A stretch of 64,000 bases of DNA. It comes from Octopus bimaculoides. Its lineage: Eukaryota. Both the position numbers and the translations under genes were made by a program. The notes beneath the pieces were generated by a model. That model did no database searches, was not told where the DNA came from, and worked only from the letters and a program-made list of their open reading frames with translations. The number at the start of each line of letters is the position of its first letter. Position 1 is the stretch's first letter. The stretch covers positions 42,272,506-42,336,505 of the forward strand of contig NC_068991.1 of the NCBI RefSeq assembly GCF_001194135.2. Direction: 5' to 3'. Below are positions 24,504 through 36,199 of this stretch, in pieces.

Positions 24504-26700
24504 TCATAAATATACAGGGATTAGCAATTGAGTTGCTTCTCCAACATACTGAAAATTTAGAAATAGCAGTCAAAGAACTACTGATTCCAAACTACAAATT
24601 TTTCTCTAAAGCGGATGGCGATATTTATGGCACACATAGAACAAAAAACCGGAGGGAAAAGCGTAAACAAACCAAGCCTTTAGTTAATTGGATACGAATC
24701 GTTTCATGGTTAAGTGAATGGAAATTTCACTATTCCAATCTTCAGCCCAATATATATATATATATATATAATACAGGCAGATAAACAGAAAGAAGCAGCG
24801 ATAGGGGGATAAATATATTTAATCGGCAAAAGGTTGCAAAAGTAACTCAAGGGCCGAGAGTTTCTTGCATAGCACTTAAATCGATTTTAAATCTGATAGC
24901 TCATGAAGTCAGTTTTTTAAGTGCTATGCCCAAAAATTTTGGCGATTGAGCCACTTTCGTAATTTTCTATCAACCAAAAATGTATCGGTGCAGAAGTTTG
25001 CTTTCCAACCGCCTGGTTCTAGATTCGGTCCTACTGCATGGAACTCGGACAAGTGTTTTCTACTATATACCCCGGGCCGACTAATGCCTTGTGAGTGGAT
25101 TTGGTAGACGGAAACTGAAAGGAGCTGGTCTCGTTCAGAAGTATACGTATATTGAGTTCTACACCAGGTTATTAGGACCGCAATATCTAAACGAGTAAAA
25201 CACAGACACGTGTGTGTCCCATACACCCTACTGCTTGACAACTGGCGTTGATTTGTCTCGGTAACTTAGCGATTCGGCAAAAAGAGACAGATAGAATACC
25301 AGAATTAAAAAAAAGTATACTGGGGTCGATTTGTTCGACTAAAGCCTTCAAGGTGATGCCCCACCACGGCTGTAGTCTACTTGTTTCAACAAATAAAAGA
25401 TAAAAGATATTGATTTCTATTTTTCTTGTTTGTTCAACCAAACCTATATGTATTTATATATGTAATGCTAAAATGAAGAAACAATATTGCAGTTATATAT
25501 GACTGTATCGCAAAAATAAATAAATGTTACTTGCATGTTAACTGCTGTCATATGCTGGTTCGCCCCTTAGATCTAAGAATTGCAATGTTACTTTGTAAAA
25601 GCGACGAATTAAACGACCCAGCAAAAGTTTAGGTTATATTTTACTAGCTATCACTTGCCGACTTATTAATTTACTTGTTCATACCGCTTGAAAATTCGGA
25701 AATCATGTTTCCAACCTAATTCATTAAAAGAAAAAGAAGGGAGGTGAGTTATACCGAATTCAGTAATTGTTTATTTGGGAATTTAAAGAATTATTCTGTA
25801 CGATACATATGTGAAATGAAGAAGTAATAATAGTTATACAGAACATTGGTTTGTCATTGTAAACACATTAGTACATTACGATAGAGTTGTTTCCAATCGA
25901 TTGTCAACTTACACGTTAAAATTAAGGCCGAGAAAAGATAACCGAGAAAAACATAAAAGATCACACAATCGTATTTTCAATTTCCCATTAAATCTAGTTT
26001 TGTTCCCAAGACTTACAACTATAGAGTTAAGTTAGCGGTTACAGAAGTCATGAACCGGTTTTGATAACTGTTTGATGTCATTTAACTTGAAGAATTTAAT
26101 TTCTCACTCTGTAACATATCTCAAAGCAACTGTGTAAGATTTTGTAATTTTTTTTTTCACCTTTGTAAGAAATAACAATAATTTTACCTGTGTAATAAAT
26201 TATAATTTTTTTTTTATCTAGCGTGTTGTCGAAGGTTCAGCGATTGATTACTCAACAACTTAGCTTCCAATGATAATGTAATAATTTTGATTGACTTCCG
26301 GTCGATCCAAAAATCGCTTAAGAAATTATCTTGAATTACAAGACACGATAAAGTTTCATTTTGATTTGCAATTGGTTTATTCTAATTAGAAACAAAGCAC
26401 ATGTTTGTAGGGATATGAAAATAAAATGTGATGGTTAGACCTTTAAAATATTGTGGTTGTCTCCCTTAAATTAGTTGATTAGACATTAGTCTTTGTCAGT
26501 GAATCATTTAAAACATCAAACTACATCAAATACGGAGGCGCGTTGCCTGGTAGTGAGGTTGTTCGGTTCGTGATCCTAGCGTCGTGAGTTCAATTCCTGG
26601 ACCAGTCGGATCGTTGCGATCTTTATAAATGCCCTTTATTTCATGTTTTCCCAGTCTACTCAACCGAAAATAAATACCAGTTGAGTACTAGTGCAGCACT
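24000..26700. promoter_or_regulatory. CpG-retaining region, candidate shared (bidirectional) promoter and first non-coding exons of GDPGP1 and BROX
   Basis: CpG dinucleotides are frequent here but scarce in the flanking gene bodies. Both first coding exons are preceded by splice acceptors. Candidate plus-strand donors at 24273 (GAG|GTAAGG) and 25744 (GAG|GTGAGT); ETS-like CGGAAGT near 24197. TSSs cannot be fixed from sequence. Confidence 0.5.
24985..25410 (+). mobile_element. SINE copy with CpGs preserved; partial paralog at 22183-22458
   Basis: Both copies share an unusual internal segment (aaggagctggtctc...atctaaacgagtaaaaca) in place of the usual (TG)n core. Confidence 0.8.
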
Positions 26701-28536
26701 CTCTCCCCATTTGTCATGTCCTGATGTGACGGTAGGTTAAAGGGTGGGAGAGTGAAAGATGTGTATATGTCAGCTCATGATTACATAAGCACCTAAAACA
26801 ATGAGCAAAAGCATGGTATATGTTACCAAAGCCATACCTGCTTACTTACTCACTATAAAGCCATACTTGCTTGCTTACTTACTAACTACAAAGTCATACT
26901 TGCTTACCAAAGCCAAACTTACTACAAAGCTATACTTGCTTATTATATGTTAACTACATCAAGTAAACTGCATACATAGTTTTAGTTCCTGATTGTGTTG
27001 CCTATAGACTTAAAAGAAACAAAAACCTTTACAAAAACTTAATTTTAAAATAAATTTTCTTCATGAAATTATATTTTATATCTATATAGTATAGTACTTA
27101 TTTATATACATAAAATATGTTAGCACTCACTATACAGAGTTTTGGTCATTAATTGCAATGTTTATCCACTTATTCATTTGTTAGCAATTAATTGGTAAAA
27201 TGAACACAACCCTTTATAAATATGTAGATAAATAATGATTTAAAAATAATAACTTTGCTTCATCCATTTATTTATATTCAAGACCTGAGGTCAAATATAA
27301 CAATAACAACAACAGGAAAAAACATGTAGAAGGGCATACCATGAAATTCTTGAAAGCATGACCCATTACCAAATTTATTCTAGACCTCTAGCATTCAGAT
27401 TACTCTGTCAAATGCAATGCTTATTTATTCACACTGTTTTGAATTTTAACAAGGTTGAGGTTGCGTTGGTAGATAAAGATGGTTTGAGTTTCAATATACA
27501 TGTGTGTGTAGATAAATGAAGAAATAGAAAAACCAGGAAGATAAAATGAGACAATTTATTCAACCCGTTAATGAGCATTAACACAGCAAAGCTGTAGAGA
27601 TACATTTTGAAAGAAAGGCCAGAAGATATACACAATGGTTTCACATGCAATTGGTACATAATGATGATGTATGCTGGATAGAACAGGAACAACGTATGCA
27701 CCAAAGAATACTGGAGGTTGCCTGTGAAATAAACTTGCTCTCTGTTGAAGATCCAAACTCAGTCATGCAAACCCAACTTCATGTAAGCATGAAGGCACGC
27801 TGGCAAAATACTGTTCCTCTAAATGGAAACCTTACTTGTCATTGTGGTTTTGTGGCATAAAGCAAAGTGCCATCCACTCAAGGAAACTTGTAGTAAATGA
27901 TCCACAAGCAAACTGAGTCCTCAACTTGTTCCCTTTGCCAAAAGATTTACAAGGCAAGCCTCAAGAGACACATTTGTGTCCATAGAACATCATTACTACT
28001 TTATTTTCCTGAACCCTCATTTGTCATTCATGATGAGAGAATCCATCATATGTATGTATGCACACACACACACACACATATATATATTAATTAATTACTG
28101 GTGAAGGCCGGTTTATAGAGTTACCCTGAGTTTCTCACCATAAAAAGTGACACACATATATATGCATGTTAAATTTGATTATTATTTCAAAACTAGTTTA
28201 ATAATAACAAATAAAGATTCAATGATGGTGTGACTCAATACTGAGTGTAGAGTAAAATTCATAGTAAAATTCAAGTTGCCCAGACTTCAGGTTTCACTTA
28301 TTGGTTTCTTCAGCCGCTGGTTGAAAAAAAACTGTCAGGTATAATTTGAGATTTGAGTAAACTTCAATAATACACACAGACACACACACACTCACACACA
28401 CGCACACGCACACACAAATATATATTATATATATATATATTTACATTATATATAAATTTATATGTGTGTGTGTGTGTGTGTTTCTGTGTGTGAATATATA
28501 TATATATATATCTTATCTATAAAAGGCAAATTTTCT

Positions 28537-28748
28537 CTGTGTGTGTGTGTGTGTGTATGTTTAAAATTCATACATTTACACAATTCCAAATTTCTTGGAT
28601 TAAAGAATCGGAATTAATATTCTAAATACAATAAGTTAGGTCACACCGTCATATTGTATTTAGAATATTAATTCCGATTCTTTAATCCAAGAAATTTGGA
28701 ATTGTGTAAATGTATGAATTTTAAACATACACACACACACACACACAG
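28537..28748. repeat. Perfect palindrome (97-bp arms, 18-nt spacer) next to an N gap
   Basis: 28537-28633 is the exact reverse complement of 28652-28748; gap begins at 28757. Confidence 0.85.
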
Positions 28749-29777
28749 AAAATCTGNNNNNNNNNNNNNNNNNNNNNNNNNNNNNNNNNNNNNNNNNNNN
28801 NNNNNNNNNNNNNNNNNNNNNNNNNNNNNNNNNNNNNNNNNNNNNNNNNNNNNNNNNNNNNNNNNNNNNNNNNATATATATATATATATATATACAGTAG
28901 AAAGGGAAATAGAAAGTCCTTGGTACAGAATTATATATTTGAAAAACGAATAGAAATAGTTTTTTTGATAATTTTTCCACTTCAATAATTAGATGTAAAC
29001 TTATAAACATCTAATTATTACAGTGTAAAAATTATCAGAAAAGCCATTTCTATTCATTTTTGCAAATATATATATAAACTGAACTAGAAAAGAAATAAAG
29101 TGATAGTATGCTGTCAACTTAATGTGATAGTCCCATGAAAGGGAAGAATGCTACTGTTTTTTAGCCTTAGGAAGCACCGTTTCCTGTTGGACTGGACACA
29201 TTTCCTGTGTCCTTATGTTGTCAAAGTGGAGACAAGCACCTCCACCCCGAGACTAGTTTCAGAGTCATTGCTCATCATCACTCTGGAGTAGCATGGCTTG
29301 CCAGCTGAATTTTTTTATTAGGACAATAAATGTCATACACAGATGGTATGATACAGGACAATACAAACAAAAAAAATGTTATAATGAGTTCGAATGATGC
29401 TTTGTTTGTTTGAAAAATTTTAATGAAATTTAATTTATAGTCTTTTTCCTTTTGGGGAGGGGATTATGCCCTGTTGCCTCAAAGGCCCAGTGACTACCCC
29501 TTTCCTTCTTATATATATATATATATATATATATAAAGTGTAGTATATTGCCACTTAAGTGTGGCTGACCCCTAGGGGTGGATGTTACTGTTGCNNNNNN
29601 NNNNNNNNNNNNNNNNNNNNNNNNNNNNNNNNNNNNNNNNNNNNNNNNNNNNNNNNNNNNNNNNNNNNNNNNNNNNNNNNNNNNNNNNNNNNNNNNNNNN
29701 NNNNNNNNNNNNNNNNNNNNNNNNNNNNNNTTTATCGTGCAGTTACTGTTAATACTTCATTTAGAGAATTAACATTG

Positions 29778-29817
<40 letters not shown>

Positions 29818-30408
29818 GACAGAGACAGAGAGGGATGGCTATAGAATCTAGTGTCTTCCATTATAGCTCTGGGTTACTTATTCTGATTCTTCTTCTATTA
29901 GTCCTTTTTGTGAAAATACTAAGTTATGGGTTGAGGAACATGAATACATTGACATACATGCATACACACACATATACATACATACGTACATACATACGTA
30001 CATACATACGTACATACATACTTACATACATACATTTGAGTATTTTCTTTAAATGAAACTCAAAGAAAAACGTACTTACGTACATGCATACATACATGCA
30101 CGACAGGCTTCCATACAGTTTCCGTCTACCAACGCACAAGGCATTGGTTGGATCAGGTCTATAATAGAAGACACTTGCCAAGTCTAACTGAACCTGAAAC
30201 CTTGTATGTGTGTGTGTGAAAACAAATGCAGATTAATCGATAACCTTTTAAAGAATACACTAAAAAATACTTTAGGATTCGAGAAATATTCATGTGAATG
30301 GAAACTGGAAGCTCTCAAAAGGAATTTTGGTTATGAGAAATTGATGAAAAAAATAAGATCGAAGTTATCTCCCCTTGTTTAGCGTATTGTTTTTGTTTCA
30401 CAGACAAT

Positions 30409-30512
30409 ATGGCGGCTTACTGGTTCCATCGTAACCCACTGAAAGCTACAGCAGCTGTAACTTTCGAACTTCATGGCTCTACCACAGACCAAATAAGCAG
30501 GAAAATTATAAG
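30409..30512 (+). CDS. BROX: BROX coding exon 1 (MAAYWFHRNPLKATAAVTFELHGSTTDQISRKII)
   Basis: WFHRNPLKAT is the diagnostic BROX N-terminus. Acceptor tttgtttcacAG ends at 30403 (upstream non-coding exon implied). AG|GTTTGT donor, 104 nt, phase 2. Confidence 0.95.
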
Positions 30513-31740
30513 GTTTGTGATTTCATCCGGGAAATATCAAACTTGTAGCTTATTTAAATGTTAACCAATTTTATAAATGGTTCTTACCTTACTGATTACG
30601 GAATATTTTTTTTTTAATCTCTAACAGGTTACACCCTTTCTTTAATGTCTTCTGTTAAACAAATTCTTAGTACACTCTTCCAGTTTATTCGCATCCTGAT
30701 AAGACTTTTACAACTATTACTTTTAAATGTTTAACTCTACGACAGACAGAACTTAATGATTTGTCTTATGTAATGCTTCGAATGACTAATGTTTTGTTTT
30801 TATTAGAGATAATGTGATGGATTGCCAGAAACGATAGAGTGCGTTATAGTATATATTTAGTTTCTTCCATCAACGTTCTGAGTTCAAATCTTGCTTGTTC
30901 GTCTTTGTTTCCCACCCTTTCACTAATGAGGACGATAAATATGTACCAGGGTACCAGGCATATTCTGGGATTAGATTATTTTCCTGTAACGTCCCACTGC
31001 AAATCTTTCGTCTTCTGTCAGTATGAGATACTTTTAATTTTTTTTTTGTCGTTGAGATGGCCGAAACAGTGTCGATGATTAAAATTGTAGTTGAGTTTAG
31101 TTTTACATCTCATTCTTTCCTATTTAAAATCCCACCAGAGTTGCCCTAATCTTCCAGAGAGTCGATGGAATAAATGCCAACAAAATTACTTGTAGATTTA
31201 ATCAACTACATGTCATTCTTCTGAACATTAGTCTGGTCAAAAAAGGATAAATAATAATTACTAGCGTATTGAAATCTATAATTCCTCCCCGCTTAACTGT
31301 TCTTTTCTCTTCATTGTTTATGTAGAAATCATTGTCAAAAGTTTGACAGCTTACGAAGTGTAATCATCTGAATTTAATTATTATATCGGGTATTTCCAAA
31401 ATAGCTGAGCAAACAGTTTTTTCTTTTTATTAACTATCGTTCTTTCTTTTACATCGTTGATAATTATACTCGTGTATCTTTGTTTTATTCATTGATTCAT
31501 TTATATTTGGACAGGATTCAGGAAAAATGGGGATAACATTAATGTCAGCTGACAAATTGTTAAATATAATTGAATACAGGTTCAGGGGCTATTGTGAGAT
31601 GAGAGCGTGTGAAGTACTACGTAATTCTTAATACAATATGGATTTTTATTGAAATACATACATACATACATATGTGTGTATACACTCTCACATACGACTT
31701 CAGTTTTATCATGTGATTGTCCTACTGTTCATTATATATA

Positions 31741-31773
<33 letters not shown>

Positions 31774-31807
31774 ATGATTTGTAAATAGTTAAGTCTATAT
31801 CCGGATA

Positions 31808-31871
31808 TAGAGTGACCAACGGTTTTGCATCCACAAAGGGCTTAGCCCTGTGAACGTCTCGTCAGACTCTA
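31808..31871 (-). ncRNA. Type I hammerhead motif with G12->A lesion
   Basis: Minus strand UAGAGU CUGACGA G(A)CGUUCAC a GGGC uaa GCCC uuu GUGGAUGC AAAA CC guu GG UC ACUCUA. 6-bp stem I, G10.1-C11.1 pair and GUC site present; GAAA reads AAAA. Confidence 0.6.
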
Positions 31872-31878
31872 AAGTCTA

Positions 31879-31940
31879 AGGGTCTGACGAAACGTTCACG
31901 GGGCTAAGCCCTTTGTGGATGCGAAACCATTGGTCACTCT
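31879..31940 (+). ncRNA. Type I hammerhead motif with G10.1->A change
   Basis: AGGGU CUGACGA A(A)CGUUCAC g GGGC uaa GCCC uuu GUGGAUGC GAAA CC auu GG UC ACUCU. Core CUGACGA/GAAA/GUC intact (cleavage between 31935 and 31936), 5-bp stem I, but an A.C mismatch at the base of stem II. Confidence 0.65.
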
Positions 31941-32019
31941 ATATCCTGACATAGACCTAACTACTTATAAATACATTACTGCTCTATGCTCTAGAATGTG
32001 CTTCTTTTTCGGATACATG

Positions 32020-32065
<46 letters not shown>

Positions 32066-33193
32066 GAGTGGCTGGACAAACGAAAGAAAAAGGCACTTAG
32101 CACAGTAGTTGTGTTCGTTCATTCATGCATATACACAAACATACTTTTGTTTGTGTTTATGTACAACCGTCTTAAGACAGGAGCCAGAAGGATCATGAAT
32201 CCCTTGGGAGGTCAGGCAATTTCTTCACATTTCGATGTAGGGAAGAGGTCAACTTCTTTAATATAGCCCTGCCGAATCCATGAGCACATAAGAATTTGAC
32301 AAGGTGAAGCAAAACTAGTTTCAGGTTCCAGGAAGGGTGTTTTCTCAAAATTAAAGTGGTGTACTTTTTCTTTGACTTAATCATGACCCTTGCAGATTGT
32401 CATGGATCCCTCGTTCACTCTCTGGGCTGCAAACCAATATGCTGTTGGGATCCTTGTATATATATATATATATATATCATCATCATCATCATCGTTTACC
32501 GTCCGCTTTCCATGCCAGCATGGGTTGGACGATTTGACTGAGGACTGGTGAAACCGGATGGCAACACCAGGCTCCAATCTAATTTGGCAGAGTTTCTACA
32601 ACTGGATGCCCTTCCTAACGCCAACCACTCAGGGAGGCCAACCACTCAACGTATACAGCATTATAGATCCATTACAGCCAATCTAATCAATTAGTTTCAC
32701 ATTAGATACTAGGTTACATGGTTGTTATCTAATAGCTGCCTTCCCTGAAAAGCATTCCTAATTGATAACCCACTCTATTGACAAATATATGAATGCCTAT
32801 TTTCCCTGACTTTTAGATACTTAGACAATGACTATATATATATATTCCCTTCTCTCTTTTAGTGGGCATGAGCACTTACAAACACATGTACATGACAGAA
32901 ACTTCCGCCTACCAAATTCAATGATATATCTATATATTGGCATTAGGAAGGGTAACCAGCTGTAGAAACCTTGCCACAAGAAACAATTGGAGTCAGGACA
33001 GCTCCTGTCAAACCATCCAACCCATGCCAACATAGAAAATGGATGTTAAACAACGATGATGATGATATATAGAGGCAATTATGCAGATAAACAAATTAAA
33101 TATATTAAATATAACTACTTGAGTATGAGAGGTTGTTGAATGTGTAGAATGCATGATATGAAGAAGTGATACCTTGTGCTGACCATACTGATG

Positions 33194-33660
33194 GACCAGC
33201 AATTCAAGTTGACAGCAGTGTAGTTAGATAAAGGCACTCAAGGAAATGAAGAGTGAGAAAGTTGCTGGTCAATCTGGGATAATTGTGGAGATGCTCAAAA
33301 TATTTGGTGAAGCAGAATACAGGATTACCATCTGGATAGTAAATCGAATCATACAAGAGGGTGCCATACACAATAACTAGTGTAGTAATATCATTGTAAA
33401 CTGTGGCAAAGCAAAGGAAATGCCTTAGAGAGAAATAGTTACAGAAGAATTAAATTACTGGATCGGATAATGAAGGTCACAGAGAGAGTCATTGTACAAC
33501 GGATTCATGATAGGGTAGATCTGGATGAGATGCAGTTTGGTTTTGTGCCTGGAAGAGGTACGAGAAATGCAATCTTCCTAGTGAGGCAACTACGGGAGAA
33601 ATACTTTGCTAAGAATAAACCATTATTTCTGGCCTTTATTGGCCTGGAGAAGACTTTCTC
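33194..33660 (+). mobile_element. RTE LINE RT fragment
   Basis: MKVTERVIVQRIHDRVDLDEMQFGFVPGRGTRNAIFLVRQLREKYFAKNKPLFLAFIGLEK. Confidence 0.85.
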
Positions 33661-34940
33661 TTGCTACCCAGAACTATCTTAGTTGTTAGTCATTTTTTAT
33701 CCGTTAATATTGTTCTCCATGCCCACATGTTAGTGGCCAACCTTCTATCCAAATCACCAAATCCCATGCATTATGCCTGTTTTATCTCTTTACTCCACTC
33801 CTGCAGCCTACTCAAACATCTCTTCTTTCTCTCTCTTTTCTGTCCCTAACAACAGTATTGTTACTACCACACTGCTAGTATCCCTGTAGTTTCCCCAACT
33901 CATTCACCCCTTTACCTTCCTCTCCCACTTCCCCTACCTTTTTCCCCGCATACACTCTTGCAAAACCCCTATTTCTCCCACCCACTACTGCTCCTGCTAC
34001 CTGAGGTGCCACCTACACACCTCATCACCACTGTCTATCTCTTTGGAGACACATCTAATTCATTCTCACTCTCTCTCCTAAATGATAGTAGCTATATAGC
34101 CTCTCTACAAGAACCTGCTCTATTCCAACCTCTTCTCTCACACCATCCAAGATTTGTTGACTTGTGAGCTACAGCATGAGCTCAATAATGCTGGTGGTAT
34201 GAAAAAAGCACCCAGTACACACTGTAAAGTGGTTGGCATTAGGAAGGGCATCCAGCTGTAGAAACCATGTCAAAGCAGACACTGAAGTACGACGTAATTA
34301 TTGATTCATTGAACCCTTGTCAAACTGTCCAACCTAAACTAGTAAATCATCATCATCATCATCATCTTTTAACGTCCGCTTTCCATGCTGGCATGGGTTG
34401 GATGGTTTGACTGAGGGCTGGCGAGTCAGAAGGCTGCACCAGTCTCCAATCTGATCTGGTAAAGTTTCTACTCCACTCTGAGAGTGTAATAGGTGCTTTT
34501 CTGTGCCACCGGCATGAGGTCCAGTCAGGTGGTACTGGCATTGGCCATGCTCAAATGGTGCTTTTTACGTGCTGTGCCAATCAGGCGGTACTGTCATCGG
34601 CCATGACAGCAATTTCACTTGCCTCAACAGGTCTTTGCAAGCATAGTTTATTGTCCAATGATGATGATGATAATTATGACATACACACATACATATGCAT
34701 ACATACATACATACATATGCATATACATCAATGGCATCACAGTCCTTTCTCACATACTGTCTCTTGATCCCAAACACTTCACACCTTTGATCCCCATGCT
34801 GCAAGACCTGCATAAATCTCTTCCTTTCTGCTTCACCCTCAGCTTAATATACCTATCACTTTGCTGCTCTTTTAACCACTTGGTAATACTCTCTACTACT
34901 ACCTACATTTCAGCTTTCTCATGCCTATTTCTTAACCTTT

Positions 34941-35323
34941 TTTTGTTGGCATTCTGTCGCTTACGACGTCGAGGGTTCCAGTTGATCCGATCAACGGAAC
35001 AGCCTGCTCGTGAAATTAACGTGCAAGTGGTTGAGCAATCCACACACGTGTACCCTTAACGTAGTTCTCAGGGATCTTCAGCATGACACAGTGTGACAAG
35101 GCTGACCCTTTGAATTACAGGCACAACAGAAACAGGAAGTAAGAGTGAGAGAAAGTTGTGGTGAAAGAGTACAGCAGGGTTCGCCACCATCCCCTGCCGG
35201 AGCCTCATGGAGCTTTAGGTGTTTTCACTCAATAAACACTCACAACGCCCGGTCTGGGAATCGAAACCCCAATCCTATGACCACGAGTCCGCTGCCCTAA
35301 CCACTGGGCCATTGCGCCTCCAC
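34941..35323 (-). mobile_element. tRNA-derived SINE, relatively young
   Basis: Head gtggaggcgcaatggcccagtggttagggcagcggactcg...tttcgattcccagacc; flanked by cttaaccttt / cttagccttt (10 bp, 1 mismatch). Confidence 0.8.
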
Positions 35324-35324
35324 C

Positions 35325-35950
35325 TTAGCCTTTAATGCCCTATCAACTGTATCGTTCCATCACCATATAACTTTCGGCTTGGTCATGACTTTGCTCCAGC
35401 CACATGTATGTTTAGTGGCCCTGAGCAATTTACTTCATAAAAATTCCCAGTTTTCATCTACATTGTGGCTATCTAAGTCTACCTCCCTACAATTATATGC
35501 ATCATTTAGTATTCTCTAATCTCTTTCCAATTGTAGGATCCTTTAGTTTCCATATCTTCCTTCTTCATGTCATCCTCTGTCTCTTTGTCTTCTTAGCTCT
35601 AACTCTGAAGTCTCTAACCACTAGTCTGTGTTGTGCAGTGCTGGGAATCGTTTTGTCATTTACACTAGATGTTCTGTGCTTTTTCCTGGTGAGAACGTAA
35701 TTTGTCTGACTTGTGTGTATGGCAAATTTGTAGGTAATGAAGTGGTTGGCTGGTTTCCTAAAGTATGCAGATTGTTAGATTTGTTGTGTCACAGAACTCT
35801 AGGAACCATGTACCCTTCTTGTTTTTCTCCCTATATCCATTGCTTCCATATATAGATTAGATGAAATACTTTTGGGATATATTTGATCTGTAAAATATGT
35901 ATCCACTGCTGTTTGCCATCAAGAAAAAAATTTGCTTCAGGCAATAGGTG
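35325..35950 (-). mobile_element. RTE LINE APE/linker relic
   Basis: Minus strand reads FRKPANHFITYK and NVDENWEF...CGWSK...WW. Confidence 0.6.
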
Positions 35951-36199
35951 TTATAAAAAAAAACCAACAGTCATTTCATAGCACCGTCCCATAAATGGTG
36001 AATGCATTTCTAACACTTGGCTATCATCAGTACCGTGTGTGTGTGTGTGTGTGTGTAAGGTGATCAAGGTAATTAGAGTATGAGACAGGATAATTTAAGC
36101 ATAGACTAGACTTGGAAAATGTGACAGCAACATTTATCTCTATGCATATGCTCCTCATTTGGGACTGGTAGTTGAATAAAAGGACTGTTTTATAAAAGC

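Larger units (their letters stand above)
31777..31972. repeat. Imperfect palindrome (~94-bp arms, ~8-nt loop) made of two hammerhead-bearing arms
   Basis: Arm differences are mostly transitions, several at CpG. Confidence 0.85.

Noticed and set aside
28660-30056. ORFs spanning N runs and (TA)n/(TACA)n tracts (also 10455-10763, 37863-38423, 48279-48661)
   Set aside because: Open only because of Ns or microsatellites.
32538-32558. CTGAGGA-ctggt-GAAAC in RTE-tailed SINE copies
   Set aside because: No stem II can form, and GAAA is not conserved in other copies (ggcaaacc, ggtgaacc, ggtggacc).
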